64,000 bases of DNA from Proteromonas lacertae (lineage: Eukaryota), in contig NGBS01000310.1 of assembly GCA_002245135.1 (NCBI GenBank), forward strand, positions 1 to 64,000, written 5' to 3'. A model generated the notes under the pieces. The model was given only the letters and a program-made list of their open reading frames with translations, was not told the origin of the DNA and ran no database searches. Position 1 is the stretch's first letter. Every line of letters starts with the position of its first letter. Both the position numbers and the translations under genes were made by a program. This document shows positions 12,895-25,500 of the stretch, piece by piece.

Positions 12895-15765
12895 CTACTC
12901 ACTTTCCTTAAATACATACACATCTTGACAAAGACTTTCTAACATTTGATTCACACTATTAGGAAGTGAACATTTCGCTATTTTTGGAATTAAATTATCT
13001 TCGTTCACATATTTACTCCAAATTTCATACGATCCTGTGGAACTTGTCAAAATCTTTGCACATACACTATAAATATAAAATTAAAATATACTCTAATGGT
13101 TGATCAATCAATTCTGAACTCAATAACTCCAAAATACACAAAGCAGTTCTATATAAATAACTTGTTCCTTCATAAATATAACCATCAAATAATCTACAAG
13201 CTAATTCGAATGGTAAACATTGTAAAAATAAAGTCTCCATCCACTGCAGCAAATACATACCAGGACTTATTTCTATCTTTTCTAAATGTTCACTTAATAT
13301 TCTATTCTTATTCTTTAATGCTATTTTAAATGCGTCCCAATAATATTCTAATATTTTACTTTCTAATCTCAAAAAACCAAACATATGTCGATTTAACAAC
13401 AAGTTAGTAAAACATTGGAATAATATATAATTATCATTTAGACAGTATAAACATAACATTCCACCTATATAACTCATCCCTTGAACATATCCAATATCAG
13501 GTCTATAACACACAAACAATTCTAACACTTCCTTTAAATCATTATATAATGGTTCACTATCTCCAAAGAATGACATTTTTGGGAATGTTCTTGGCAAATC
13601 TCTTTCAATTAAATTAATATTATTCATCAATATTTCATCATACAATGCATTCTTGTTGTTAATTATTATATCTTTACAGCTAATGCTGCTTTTAATCTCA
13701 TTTAGATTTTCTTTTAACATTTTGAATAATGATGGAGTGACTTGTAAGTGATTTCCTATTACGATTGGCCATATCATACTTCTTAAACTATAAAAAAATA
13801 AAAAGAAATAAACCTATACTGTATTGGAATTCCTTTTTGAAATAAGTCTTTTACTTTTTTATCATTCTTTTTAATAGACCAATACTTCATTATATCTTTC
13901 CATTGGTTATAATCTACTTCTATTTCTTTCAAATCTTCATAATTAGTCTCTATTGATTTATTGAATTCATTACTCTCTGTTTCATCTTCATTTGTCTCTT
14001 TATTGTATAACTTATTAACACCATATTTTGGTTTTATTTTTAAAGGAATTTCACTATATAACAGATATTGATTGGTGATTTGTCGAAGTGATGGTAATTT
14101 TAACATCGAATTATTAATATCATCAGAGAGTATTGATCCACTTTTCATTCTCTCCAAATCTAAAGATAATTCTTCATTTTTTAATGAACCATTATTAACT
14201 TTCTTTTTCACTATTATATTATATGATAAACCACTACTAATTGTGCTAATATAACTATCATTATTCAATTCTTCTTTTAGATCATCCAATAATTTTATTT
14301 TCTGTGGTGTCCAGATAATATCTTCATCAATGTTATTAATTAGCTGATGATTATCATTATTACCACATAAGTAAACATCATTGTCTTTACTTACAAACAT
14401 TGAATGAAAACTTCCTGCTGAAATCATTTTTATCTCTTTATCCAGTTTTATTCTGGTTGGTAAAGGATGATAAAAGTCATTACTGTTACATTCTAACTCA
14501 CTTAAAAAATCTAAACCTAATTGACCTTTATTTCCTAATCCCCAACTATACACAACACCTTCACCGCTTAATGCCAAACAATGGAAATAACCACAAGCAA
14601 CTCCAATTATATTTTGCCTACTATCTTTACTGTAAAGCAAATCATTATATTTGGGAGTTAAATTATTATTCACATCACCATCTCCACATTGTCCTTCACT
14701 TCCTCTACCCCATGTATAAACATTACCACTTCCATCAACTAATACAGTAAATGACCAACCACAACTTATCATACATGGTAATAAAACATGAAAATCACTG
14801 ATTTCACATGGACTGTATTTATTCAATTCATTTCCATGACCTAATACACCATATTTACCATTTCCCCAACTGTAAACATAACCACGATCACTAACAGCTA
14901 TTGAAAATTCTGCACCACAACCAATTCTTCGTATTGTATAATTCAATAATCCTTTAATGATTTCAGGATTATTGTTGCTGATGATATTATTATTACCATG
15001 TCCTAATTCTCCACTACTATTACTACCCCAACTGTATACTTTTCCATCTTCACTTAATGCTAATGCATGAGTTATTCCACAACAAACATAATTGATTCTT
15101 ATTCCTTTTAATGCTTTTTCTAATATAAATGAATTTAGTAATTGTGGTTTTGGATATGATTTTTCATCAGTGAAACCTTCACCACACATATACACATCAC
15201 CTGTGTCTGATAAGAATAAAACATTTTGTGATTTAGCTGATACTTGAACAATTACTTTCTTTGAAAACTCTTGTATTTCTGTTGGATTATGAATAATATC
15301 ATTTCTAGTATTTGGAATTTGTCCCCACCAGTAAACTGGGTATTCGTTCTTATTATTTGTATATTCATTTACAAATTCTGATTTAATACTACTCTCTGAT
15401 GACTTACAATTGCTTACATCATTTTTTACTGATATCTCTTCATCAGTTTGACAACCCTCTGAATATTCATCCTTTTCTTTTTTTTCTTCAATATTTATTT
15501 GTTTATCGGTTATTTCTTTCTTTTAATGTAGCGTCTATTGTATTACTTAAATCTTCAACTTCTTTTTGTTTTCTCAGTAATTCATTTTTCAAATCATTGT
15601 ATTCATTACTTAATTTAATAAATTCTATAGCTGGTGTAACTTTTTCTTGAATTATTACTAATATTAATGAATATAGTGAATACCTTTTCGTTTAGGAAGA
15701 AAGTATCTGTCTATAATGTACCAAGAAACAATGCCAATTAAAAATGAGCTAAATAATTCAAACAT
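12895..15765 (-). CDS. N-terminal TM + coiled coil + RCC1 repeats + TBC (Rab-GAP) domain protein
   Basis: RCC1 repeats (VYSWGSNSSGELG, ACGYFHCLAL) are spliced to a TBC domain with IERDLPRTFP and YVQGM fingers. The 5' exons (MFELFSSFLIGIVSWYII) join if one extra A near 15522 is removed. Confidence 0.85.
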
Positions 15766-15856
15766 TACTGATTAAAAAACACAACAAAACAATTAAAAAG
15801 CTTGATGATTTGATTGTTTATTAAAGGGAAAAAAACATCATTAACATAATTTTTAC

Positions 15857-17076
15857 TTAACATTTTCTTTTCTTTGCAACTGTTTCACCTTCTTTTATAC
15901 AACAATCATCTGGTAATTTAAATGTAATTAAAATCATCATTTTACCAGGAGATACATCACGTACATCTCTTATTTCAACCAAATTATCACCAACTTTACA
16001 CATTATTGTATCTTCTACTCTTTTCAATACATCCTTATGTGTATCTTCAGCATTTGAAAATGAGTAACAATGAATGGTTGGTAATGGTTTATAATCCTTT
16101 GGATATAGATCAACAAAACAATCTAAAAATTCTATTGAATCAGCAGGCAAATTCATTATTACATTAGTAAATTCAATTTTTTCTATATTCACTAAATCTT
16201 TAATAAAATCTCTTCCATCTTTATTATAAATATGAACTCTCTTATTCACTTTATTCTGTTTTGCATTAATTTCTAAATACTTAACACTTTCTGGATTTAA
16301 ATCATTTCCATACACTTCCAATCCATTCATTGCTAATGGAATAACAAACGGACCAACTCCACAAAACATATCAGCAATAACTCTTTTCTTATCTTTAGAT
16401 AATTCTTTGATTAATCGATGATGTTCACTTTGTAATCGACTATTCCAATAAACTTTACGATAATCAAATGTAAATTTTGCATTTGATTCATTTAAAGTGA
16501 CTACTGTATCATTTACTCCAGCTAATAATTCCATATCGAATGTTCTAAATACATTATTTATTGAACCAACTTTATTCATAACAGTCTTCATTCTTGGATT
16601 TTTATCTAGTAATACTTGACCTATTATGTATTTATATGGTAATTGCTCTTCACGAAGATTTAGATGAATTAAATGACCTACTGATTCAAAAGAAGAAACA
16701 CTCATATTTTCTGGCAATACTTTTTTAAAAACTTCATCAGCAGAATAGTCATCATAAGTCATTTTCAATTTATATTCTTCTATTTTTGCATCTTTTTCTT
16801 TTATCCACTTTACTAATTCACTTGGAATTTCACTTAAAGTAGTATCTTTTACTTTTTCTGAGAATAATAAATACTTTTCATTTTTGTTACTTTTATCAAC
16901 TTGAATACATTTGATCTTTGGATGGACAAATAGATTATTGTATAACTTTTCTCTACAATGATAATAATCTATTAAAAATACCTAAAAAGATTACAATCCT
17001 TTGTCTTTATTTTTAAGGCTATCAATTTTATTTCTTTATTAAACATAGACTTATCGAATTCTCTAATAAAAGACAT
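15857..17076 (-). CDS. TRM5: tRNA (guanine37-N1)-methyltransferase Trm5; one 5' intron
   Basis: SFESVGHLIHLNLR, VYWNSRLQSEH, DMFCGVGPF, NDLNPES, VIMNLP, VRDVSPGK. Confidence 0.95.
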
Positions 17077-17170
17077 TTTAGTAAAACAATCGAATTACAA
17101 AACATACAATCGGAAAAACAATCGGAATGATTATTTATGGTTTTATCTCATCAACAAATATATTATATAA

Positions 17171-18431
17171 TTATTTACTACTATTAACATTATATTCTTT
17201 GGGATATGTAACTGGACGACTCATCTCTTTCAAATACATTTCACTACTTTTATATAATTTCGGTATTTTCTTTTCTTTTTCCTCATATTTCTTCGCACCT
17301 TTTATTTCTGGGTAAATTATTCTATTTGGGAAGTCTATATAATATATATATATATAATAAGATCAAAAATATACAATTTGTTTGATTTACATCACCAATT
17401 CCTAGTAGGTATTTATTAGTTATAAATATCTTTGGAAATAATGATGGTGGATTATAATCACCATATTCTAATATTTTACTAATATATGTTAATAAATTCT
17501 TTATATCAGGAGGATTTTCTGGTATGAAATCACCTTGTATCTTTTTATATAATTTATATATTCTTTTAAAAGTGTTTTTATTTATATTATTTACATCTAT
17601 TTCAGATAAAGAATTCATTGTTGGTGAAAATGGGATTATGTTGTTATATACTTCATTTAAATTAGGAAATGATTCAATTTCGGGATTTAATAGTAAATAT
17701 ATTATTTTTGCTAAATACTTCATAAATATTGGTTTATTTTTCACTTTATTATAAAAATAATCTATTACTTTGGGATTGACTATAATTGCTTCTATTTCTT
17801 TTTCTACTTCTTGTGGCTCTGGTTCTTTAACTTCTTTTATTTCTCTTCCTCTTCTATATAATGGTCTTGGACGATATACTTTGAAATTCGATTTTTGAGG
17901 CAATTTGTATAATATTTCAAGTTGAGTTTTAGACATTGATTTATCTTCATATGATTTTTCTGTTTGGTCTTTTTTTCTTGCTTGTTTTTCTCTCATTTCT
18001 TCTTCTTCTTCTTCTTTTTCATTTTTATTTTCATTCACTTTTTGATCTTCTTCTTTTCTCTCTTCTTCTTGTTTTATTTGGTGATATTCCATTTCTTCTG
18101 TCTTGTATTCTTCTTCCTTTTCTTCTTGCCTATCTTCCTCTTCTATTTCAATAATTCTTGTTGATTCTAAACCTTCTTCTTCATTACTTACTTTTATATT
18201 TAAGTTTTCCTCATCATTTCCTTCCTCTTCTCCCTTTCTTTCAGATTTTTCTTGTTCCACACTTGTAGATGTTTGGATATTTTCTTCTTCATTATCAATC
18301 TTGACTGTTTCTACAGTAGGTAATACATCAGTCTATATCAGCAATATTATACATTTTCATACAGAATATGTTTGTTGTTCTGTTTCAACTACTTCATTTC
18401 GATCTTCTATTTCAACTTGATGTTCTTCCAT
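17171..18431 (-). CDS. Hypothetical protein with Glu/Lys-rich N-terminal half; 2 short introns
   Basis: The 312-aa ORF is extended by GT..AG-spliced exons to ATG 18431 and TAA 17171. No family recognised. Confidence 0.65.
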
Positions 18432-18627
18432 AACAGAATGGTCAAATAAAAAAAACTAAAATTAGGGATAATAATGAATTGACACAGGTAGAAAGATAAA
18501 AAGAAAAACAGTTGTTTGTTTCAATAATTTTATTCGTTTCTACTTTTAAAATTGTCTTTTCTACATAAACAAATTAATAATTGAGTGAAATAAATATTTA
18601 CATCTATCTATATCTGTACATAATTTA

Positions 18628-20490
18628 CTATGAAGTATTTTCTTTCGATTCTTTACTCCATTTTCTATATGCTCTTTGAATAACTAACACAGCTGATATT
18701 TGTTTTTTGAATGAAGAAATATCACCACAATCTTTGCTATTTTTTCGAGATAAATAGTTCTTAGCTGCTTTCTGAAGCAATACAATTTTTTCTTCCAACA
18801 ATCTATAATGTCTTTTAGCTAACCACCCTTTTACATTCTTTTGAATCTTCATAACATTATGATATATTTCATCCAATTCATTTCTATTCATATATGGTAA
18901 TATTTTCATTAAATCATCTCTTTCATGATCAGTTATTTGAGGAATATCTGGTGGTTTTTCTTTTATACTTAATACATAAGCTAACTTTTCGCTTATTGTC
19001 ATATTCTGTAAAGTAGTTTCCATTATCTTTTCATCATCAATACTACTAACAGTACTTGAATCTGATGGAGGATATGGTGATGGACATTTGAATAATTCAT
19101 CTGTTTTTGTCATTCGAATTTCATTAGCAATATCCACATAACCTAGTTGAAATGCTCTATTATTATAAATATAAATATTTCCAAATATTATACTTTGATG
19201 ATGCATAAATACCATATGTATCTTTTGTATCAGTTGCACCTAGTGATAATAATACTTCAATTGATTTTATATTTCCATTTTCTACTGCCAAATGTAATGG
19301 TGTTAACTTATTGCTTGTCTCTTGATTAACAGGAAATTCACCTTTTACTAATATTGAGATTAAATCAGAGTAGTTATATATTGAAGCATAATGTAATAAG
19401 GAATAACCATTTTCGTCCAATTCTTGACATTGTAAAAGCTGATCTTTTGTAGTGATTAATTCTAGCATATTCTTAACAGCATTGTTTATTATATTCTCAT
19501 GGTCATTTTCTTGTGTAACTATTGTTCTTGTAGGTAGTGGTGGTGGTGATGGAATTGAAATTGTTGATGATGATGATTCTGGTAATAATGGAACTATTGT
19601 TTCATTAAGTGTATTTGTAAATTGATATTCAGATTCTAATGATAATGGAGTATCAGATTTTATATTCTGAATTACGAGTCTTTTTTTACATTCCACTATT
19701 TTCTCATGAATTGGATTGACATCATTATAGATTCGTTTTTGTCCAATTATACTATAATTATTATTTATACTGAAGTATGTAAATGGATATTTTGGAGTTA
19801 AATAACCATTTGATAATCCATCTTTCAATTGTATTACTATTTCAGCACTAATGTGATTTGGAGATTGACATTTCAACACTTGAGGTAATACATTTTCACA
19901 CTTCACATTTATACCATCAAATTCGCATAAAATATTGTAATTAAATAATGGTTCAGATAATACAATCAAGATTGATTGATTTCCATAAATATTACTAAAT
20001 TTTGGTGAATATTCAATGATTGTGTATGGATAAGATGGTTCTGGTATTGTTAATAATGTATTAACATTGTCTTCATCTTGTAAATAATGAAACAAATACA
20101 CACAATCAACACTTTCTTGTGATAATTTGTATATTCTTCTATGCATTTTTGGAGTTATTTCAGTTTGAGTGGAATAATATGTTAACACAACCTGACTGTG
20201 GAATTTAAGTGGTACATGATCTTCACGTATCTTTTTACCATCACTACTTTTTTGATATGTATAACCGTCATTTCTAAATTGTTTCAATAACGCTTTTTTC
20301 ACAAAAAATAAAGATCCAGCTATTTATATTTGAAACTATTATAATATATAACTATACATTCTGGATAAAGTTCCACTTCATTATGAACCATACCTACCAG
20401 ACTTATGTAATTTTCGAATAATAACAGTATATCTTCTTTATTCAACCATTTTGATTTACTTTTCTCTAATATATCATTTATATCTTTCAT
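18628..20490 (-). CDS. CAMTA: Calmodulin-binding transcription activator-like (CG-1, TIG, ankyrin, IQ)
   Basis: CG-1 (KWLNKEDI..SGSLFFV..FRNDGYTYQK..DGKKIREDHVPLK), TIG (IIEYSP..CEFDG..VLKCQSPNH), ankyrin (GYSLLHYA, TPLHLA) and IQ motifs (KIQKNVKGWLAKR, VIQRAYRKW). Confidence 0.88.
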
Positions 20491-20567
20491 ATTAAAAAAT
20501 CATAAAATTTTGGGTGTCGGTGTAAACACTTTCTTTTTCGAACACCCTATTATTTAAATTCATTATA
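20491..20567. promoter_or_regulatory. Putative bidirectional promoter (77 bp) between CAMTA and INTS11
   Basis: Divergent ATGs at 20490 (-) and 20568 (+). Positional inference. Confidence 0.4.
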
Positions 20568-21911
20568 ATGATTGAAATAACACCTCTAGGAGCTGGTAAT
20601 GAAGTTGGTCGAAGTTGTATACTTGTTTCAATGAATGAAAAGTATTTTATATTGGATTGTGGAGTACATATGGGATTTAAAGATATGAGAATGTATCCCA
20701 ATTTGAGTAGAATTAATTCATTGCCTGAAAAAATAAACTCTATTGAGTTTATTTGCATCAGTCATTTTCATTTGGATCATTTGGCTAGTTTACCATATTT
20801 AACAGAAAAATATGGTTTTAATGGTCCAGTTTTTATGAGTTATCCAACTAAAGCAATGGCTAAAATATTACTAGAAGATTTCTTAAAACTTCAAAAAATC
20901 AACTTAAATGAAGATTTATTATATACAAATAAAGATATTGAGAATTGTTTGAATAAAGTAATATGTTTGAATCTTAAACAGAGTTATAACTATAAAGGCT
21001 TTCAAATATCAATATACAATGCTGGTCATGTTATAGGAGCTTGTATGTTTAATATTAAAAAAGGAAAAGAAAGTGTATTCTACACAGGTGATTTTAGTAT
21101 GACTTCAGATAGACATTTATCAAGTGCATCTTGTCCAAAGCTTAAATCATCAGCGTTTATATGCGAATCAACTTATGGAAATATAATTCGTAATTCACGA
21201 CTGGATAGAGAAAGAGAATTTGTAAATAGTATTTATAATTGTTTGAAACTCGGTGGAAATGTGTTAGTTCCAGTATTTGCTTTAGGTAGATGTCAAGAAT
21301 TGTGTTTATTATTAGATAGTTATTGGAATAATTTGAACTTGAAATATCCTATCTATGTTTCAGGGTTTTTAGGTGAATTATCTAATTTTTATTATAGCCA
21401 GTATATATCATGGTGTAATGAAAGTTTACAACAATCATTTTATAAAGAAGAATACTTCAATAATAAGAGAATAAAACAGTTTCAAAAGGAATATTTAGAT
21501 GATGGAAATCCAAAAGTAGTATTTGCTTCTCCTGGGATGTTACATAGTGGTTTGTCTTTAGAAATATTTGAAAATTGGTGTGTTGATAGTAAGAATTTAG
21601 TAATATTTCCAGGTTACTGTGTAGAAGGAACAATTGGGAATGAGGTGATAAAAGGTAATAAGAAAGTAAAAATTAATGGAAGATGTCGTCGAGTCAATTG
21701 TCAAATAAAGTATTTATCGTTTTCTGCTCATTCTGATGCATATGGATTGGTGAAGTTAATTAATCAGAATGAAACAGAGAATGTTGTTTTAGTACATGGT
21801 TCTGAAAGTTCAATGATTCAAACATCAGGTTTATTACACTCACTAATTCCTGAAATTCATTGTTATCTGCCGAAAAACAACCAATCACTCAAAATCAGTT
21901 CAAAAGAATAA
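20568..21911 (+). CDS. INTS11: Integrator subunit 11 / CPSF73-like (CPSF3L) metallo-beta-lactamase/beta-CASP endonuclease; intronless
   Basis: PLGAGNEVGRSC, LDCGVHMGFKDMRMYP, SHFHLDH, YTGDFSMTSDRHL, PVFALGR, SFSAHSD and LVHG. The HMG..D.R and DRHL segments fit INTS11 better than CPSF3. Confidence 0.85.
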   Translation: MIEITPLGAGNEVGRSCILVSMNEKYFILDCGVHMGFKDMRMYPNLSRINSLPEKINSIEFICISHFHLDHLASLPYLTEKYGFNGPVFMSYPTKAMAKILLEDFLKLQKINLNEDLLYTNKDIENCLNKVICLNLKQSYNYKGFQISIYNAGHVIGACMFNIKKGKESVFYTGDFSMTSDRHLSSASCPKLKSSAFICESTYGNIIRNSRLDREREFVNSIYNCLKLGGNVLVPVFALGRCQELCLLLDSYWNNLNLKYPIYVSGFLGELSNFYYSQYISWCNESLQQSFYKEEYFNNKRIKQFQKEYLDDGNPKVVFASPGMLHSGLSLEIFENWCVDSKNLVIFPGYCVEGTIGNEVIKGNKKVKINGRCRRVNCQIKYLSFSAHSDAYGLVKLINQNETENVVLVHGSESSMIQTSGLLHSLIPEIHCYLPKNNQSLKISSKE

Positions 21912-21930
21912 AGTATTAATGATATTCTAT

Positions 21931-22212
21931 TTATCCAATTCTTGGTGGAATAACTACTTTGTTTTGACTGTCATAAACTACACGAACTCTATCCATTCGA
22001 AGATCCATGGTTGCTGGTTGATGCTATACAATATAAATGTTATCATTATGTATATTATACTTCACCTAATTTCATTACATTTAGACTAGGATTTTGTTCT
22101 TTAATTATTCTGACTGCTTCGTCAACATCATGGCCAACTAAATCTGGCCAACTATATATAATATTTAATATTTTGGAATTGTATACCTATCTTGTGAAGG
22201 TTGTGAAGACAT
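21931..22212 (-). CDS. Potato inhibitor I family (MEROPS I13, eglin C/CI-2-like) serine protease inhibitor, 69 aa; introns 22152-22186 and 22024-22060
   Basis: Spliced translation MSSQPSQDSWPDLVGHDVDEAVRIIKEQNPSLNVMKLGEHQPATMDLRMDRVRVVYDSQNKVVIPPRIG* carries the WPxLVG, TMDxRxDRVR and PxIG signatures. Confidence 0.92.
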
Positions 22213-22556
22213 TTTAAAGAAAAATAAGATTTCAAATTTATTATGAAAAATAGAAACGGTTTTATTTCTACATTTCTAGAAACACAATTATTAACTGTTA
22301 TTTGATGAAATTTTACTATTCTTTACAATATAAATATTACATAGTATAACAATCTGGATTAAATATAAAAATAGGGTTAATTTTTACATCCCTGCATGAA
22401 TTGAGGAATATTATTAAATTTATATGAAACGTTTTCCATATAAAATAGGCTTTTATATTTTCCATATCATTTCTTTCCTTCATTCGCTCTTAATATTCAA
22501 TACAAAATAGTACACTTCATAATACACTATTAATACAATTATCAAAAATTCAAAAA

Positions 22557-25500
22557 ATGGATGAAAGCAATGCTGATTATGTCAATGAAACACCAGTATT
22601 TGTTGAAAAGAATGAATTTATAAATTGTTTGAATGTTGTATGCTCAAAGAGCTATGATGTGAAGAAATTTGATATTTTTGGTAAAATCATTCAAATTGTA
22701 TATTTCAATTATAGTTAATATTTGTAATAGTTGGAAAGATATCAAGAGAAAGCGACATTACTTGACAGTTCTTTAAATGAGTGTATAAGTCCAATAATGG
22801 TGAGAGTAGAAGAAATTCTACAAGAGCATGAAGATATCTGTAGTAAAGAAGAAGGTGGAATTTCTTTGTGTAATATAAAGAAGTATGAAAATGAACATTT
22901 AACTGTATTATTGAATATATTGTATGAATTCATGAAAGTTCGTGGTTACAAGACAATTGTGAAGTTTTTACCTCATGAAGTGAGCGATTTAGAACCTGTA
23001 CTTCGTTTATTCTTAAGTATTGATGAAAATGCAGCTCAATTATGGAAAAGTCGTTATTGTTTATTTGTATGGTTGTCAATATTAGTAATAATCCCATTTG
23101 ATTTAAAAACAGTTGATTCAACGTTAGGAAATGATGAAAATACAAACAATGAAGGAAAATTAATTCCAACAATAATCGAAACATGTAAAACATATTTATT
23201 AAAACATGAAGCAAGTCGAGAAGTTGCAGGAATATGTTTAGCGAAATTATTAACTCGTCCTGACTTAGAAGAAAGCCATTTATTATCATTTATTGATTGG
23301 AGTAATTCAATGTTGGATAAAATAATGAATTCTGAGACAATCAATACAGCAAATCAAGTGATAGGAATATTACAATGTTTATGTTCAATATTTCAATGTG
23401 GAGATAGAAATACGTTATTAAAGATCAGTAAAAGTGCTTTGCATATAATTCAATTAGTGAATAAGAATTCAAGTGGTGAATTTCAATTAAGAAACAAATT
23501 GATAATGAAATTATGTCAAAGAATTGGAATGTCATTTTTACCACCTCGTGTTCCAAAATGGATATATAATAGAGGAAGAAGAGAGATTCATAATACAATA
23601 AACATACCAAAACCACCCACTTTAAATGATAATATTCCAAACATAATGAATAAAGAAGAAGATGATGAAGATGAAGAAGATTATTCAATACCTGAAGATA
23701 TGGATGGAGTAGTTGATACTTTATTATGTGGTTTAAGAGATTCTGATACTGATGTTCGTTGGTCAAGTGCAAAAGGAATAGGTCGAATAACCTGTCGTTT
23801 ACCGACATTAGAATTAGCTGATCAAATATTAGAAGGTGTAATTGATGTATTTAATGATAATGAAAATGAAAATGCTTGGCATGGTGGTTGTTTAGCTTTG
23901 GCTGAATTAGCTCGAAGAGGTTTGTTATTACCTGTAAGATTAAAGAATGTAGTTCCAATAGTGATGAAAGCATTGAGTTATGATGTTCGAAGAGGTAATT
24001 ACAGTGTTGGTACAAATGTTCGTGATGCAGCCTCTTATGTTTGTTGGGCATTTGCAAGAGCTTATACACCTGATATATTGAAAGATTATGAGTTAGAAAT
24101 AGCAAAGAATTTGATGATAACAGCATTATATGATCGTGAAATCAACTGTCGTCGAGCTGCTTCAGCTGCATTTCAAGAGAATGTTGGTAGACAAGGACAT
24201 TCTAATTTCTCTCATGGAATTGATATATTAACCAAAACTGATTTTTATGCAGTTGGTAATCGTAATAATAGTTATTTAATACTTGGTCCATATGTTGCTT
24301 CATTTAGTGAATATAGTCAAGCATTAATTGATCATGCAGTAAATGTAAAAATCGAACATTGGGATGCTGAAATAAGAACATTAAGTGCTGAAGCTTTACA
24401 TAACTTAACACCTTGTAATCCTGATTATATGGTAAATACAGTAATACCTCGATTAATCCAAAATACCTTATCAAACCAAGTATATCGTCGACATGGTGCT
24501 TTATTAGCATTGAGTGAAATAATCTTATCATTATATGAATTAAACTATGAATTGAAAGAAGATGTATTAAAATCAATTCGAAATGTGGTAATAAATGTAG
24601 AAAAAGAGCGTTTATATCGTGGTAAAGGTGGAAGTATAGTTCGTGTTGGAATATGTCGATTAATTGAATGTATTAGTTTATGCCATCATCCATTAAGTGA
24701 GAAAGGAATATTACGATTATTACAATCGTTAGATGAACATTTTAAACAAAGTTTAGAAGATATTCAAAAAGCTGCATCTTATTCATTTCGTTCATTTTCT
24801 GAAGAATATTTCAAGCAATTATCTTCTGAAATGATGGATAAAGTAATATCAGTATATGTATTAGGTTTACAGAATGATGATAATCCAGCAGTAACTCGTG
24901 GTTTTAGTTTAGCTTTAGGTTGTTTACCAGGTTATTCAATCAATACAGCTGAGAGACAAAAAATAGTATTTAATGCTTTAATCAATGCAACTCATATTCA
25001 AGAGAAAAGAGATGAAAGAGATGCTGAAACTCGAAGAAATGCAATGAAAGCATTAAGTGATTTGGCTTGTCGAATTGGATTAAATGAAGAAGGATTAAAT
25101 GAAGAAATCAGATTATTAGTATTTGATAGTTTATATATTGGTACAATGGATTATTGTATAGAAGATCGTGGTGATGTTGGTTCTTGGATAAGAAAAGAAT
25201 CTTTATTAGGAATGGAGAAATTTATGAATATGTTATTAGAAGTAGAATTGGAAAAAGCAAATTTATTACCATTGAATCAATATAATAAAGAAGTAAAGAT
25301 TGGTTCAATATTACATACTAAATATGGAAAAGGTAAATTAATAGAAAAAGAGAATGTAGAAATCGAAAAAGGTAAAAATGAAGAATTATTCATAATCGAA
25401 TTTGATGAAGAATCAATTGGTTCAAGAACATTTCCATTAAAGAAAGGAAAACTAAACAAAAACTTGTGTAAAATAGAAATAAGAGAAGAAAATGATGATG

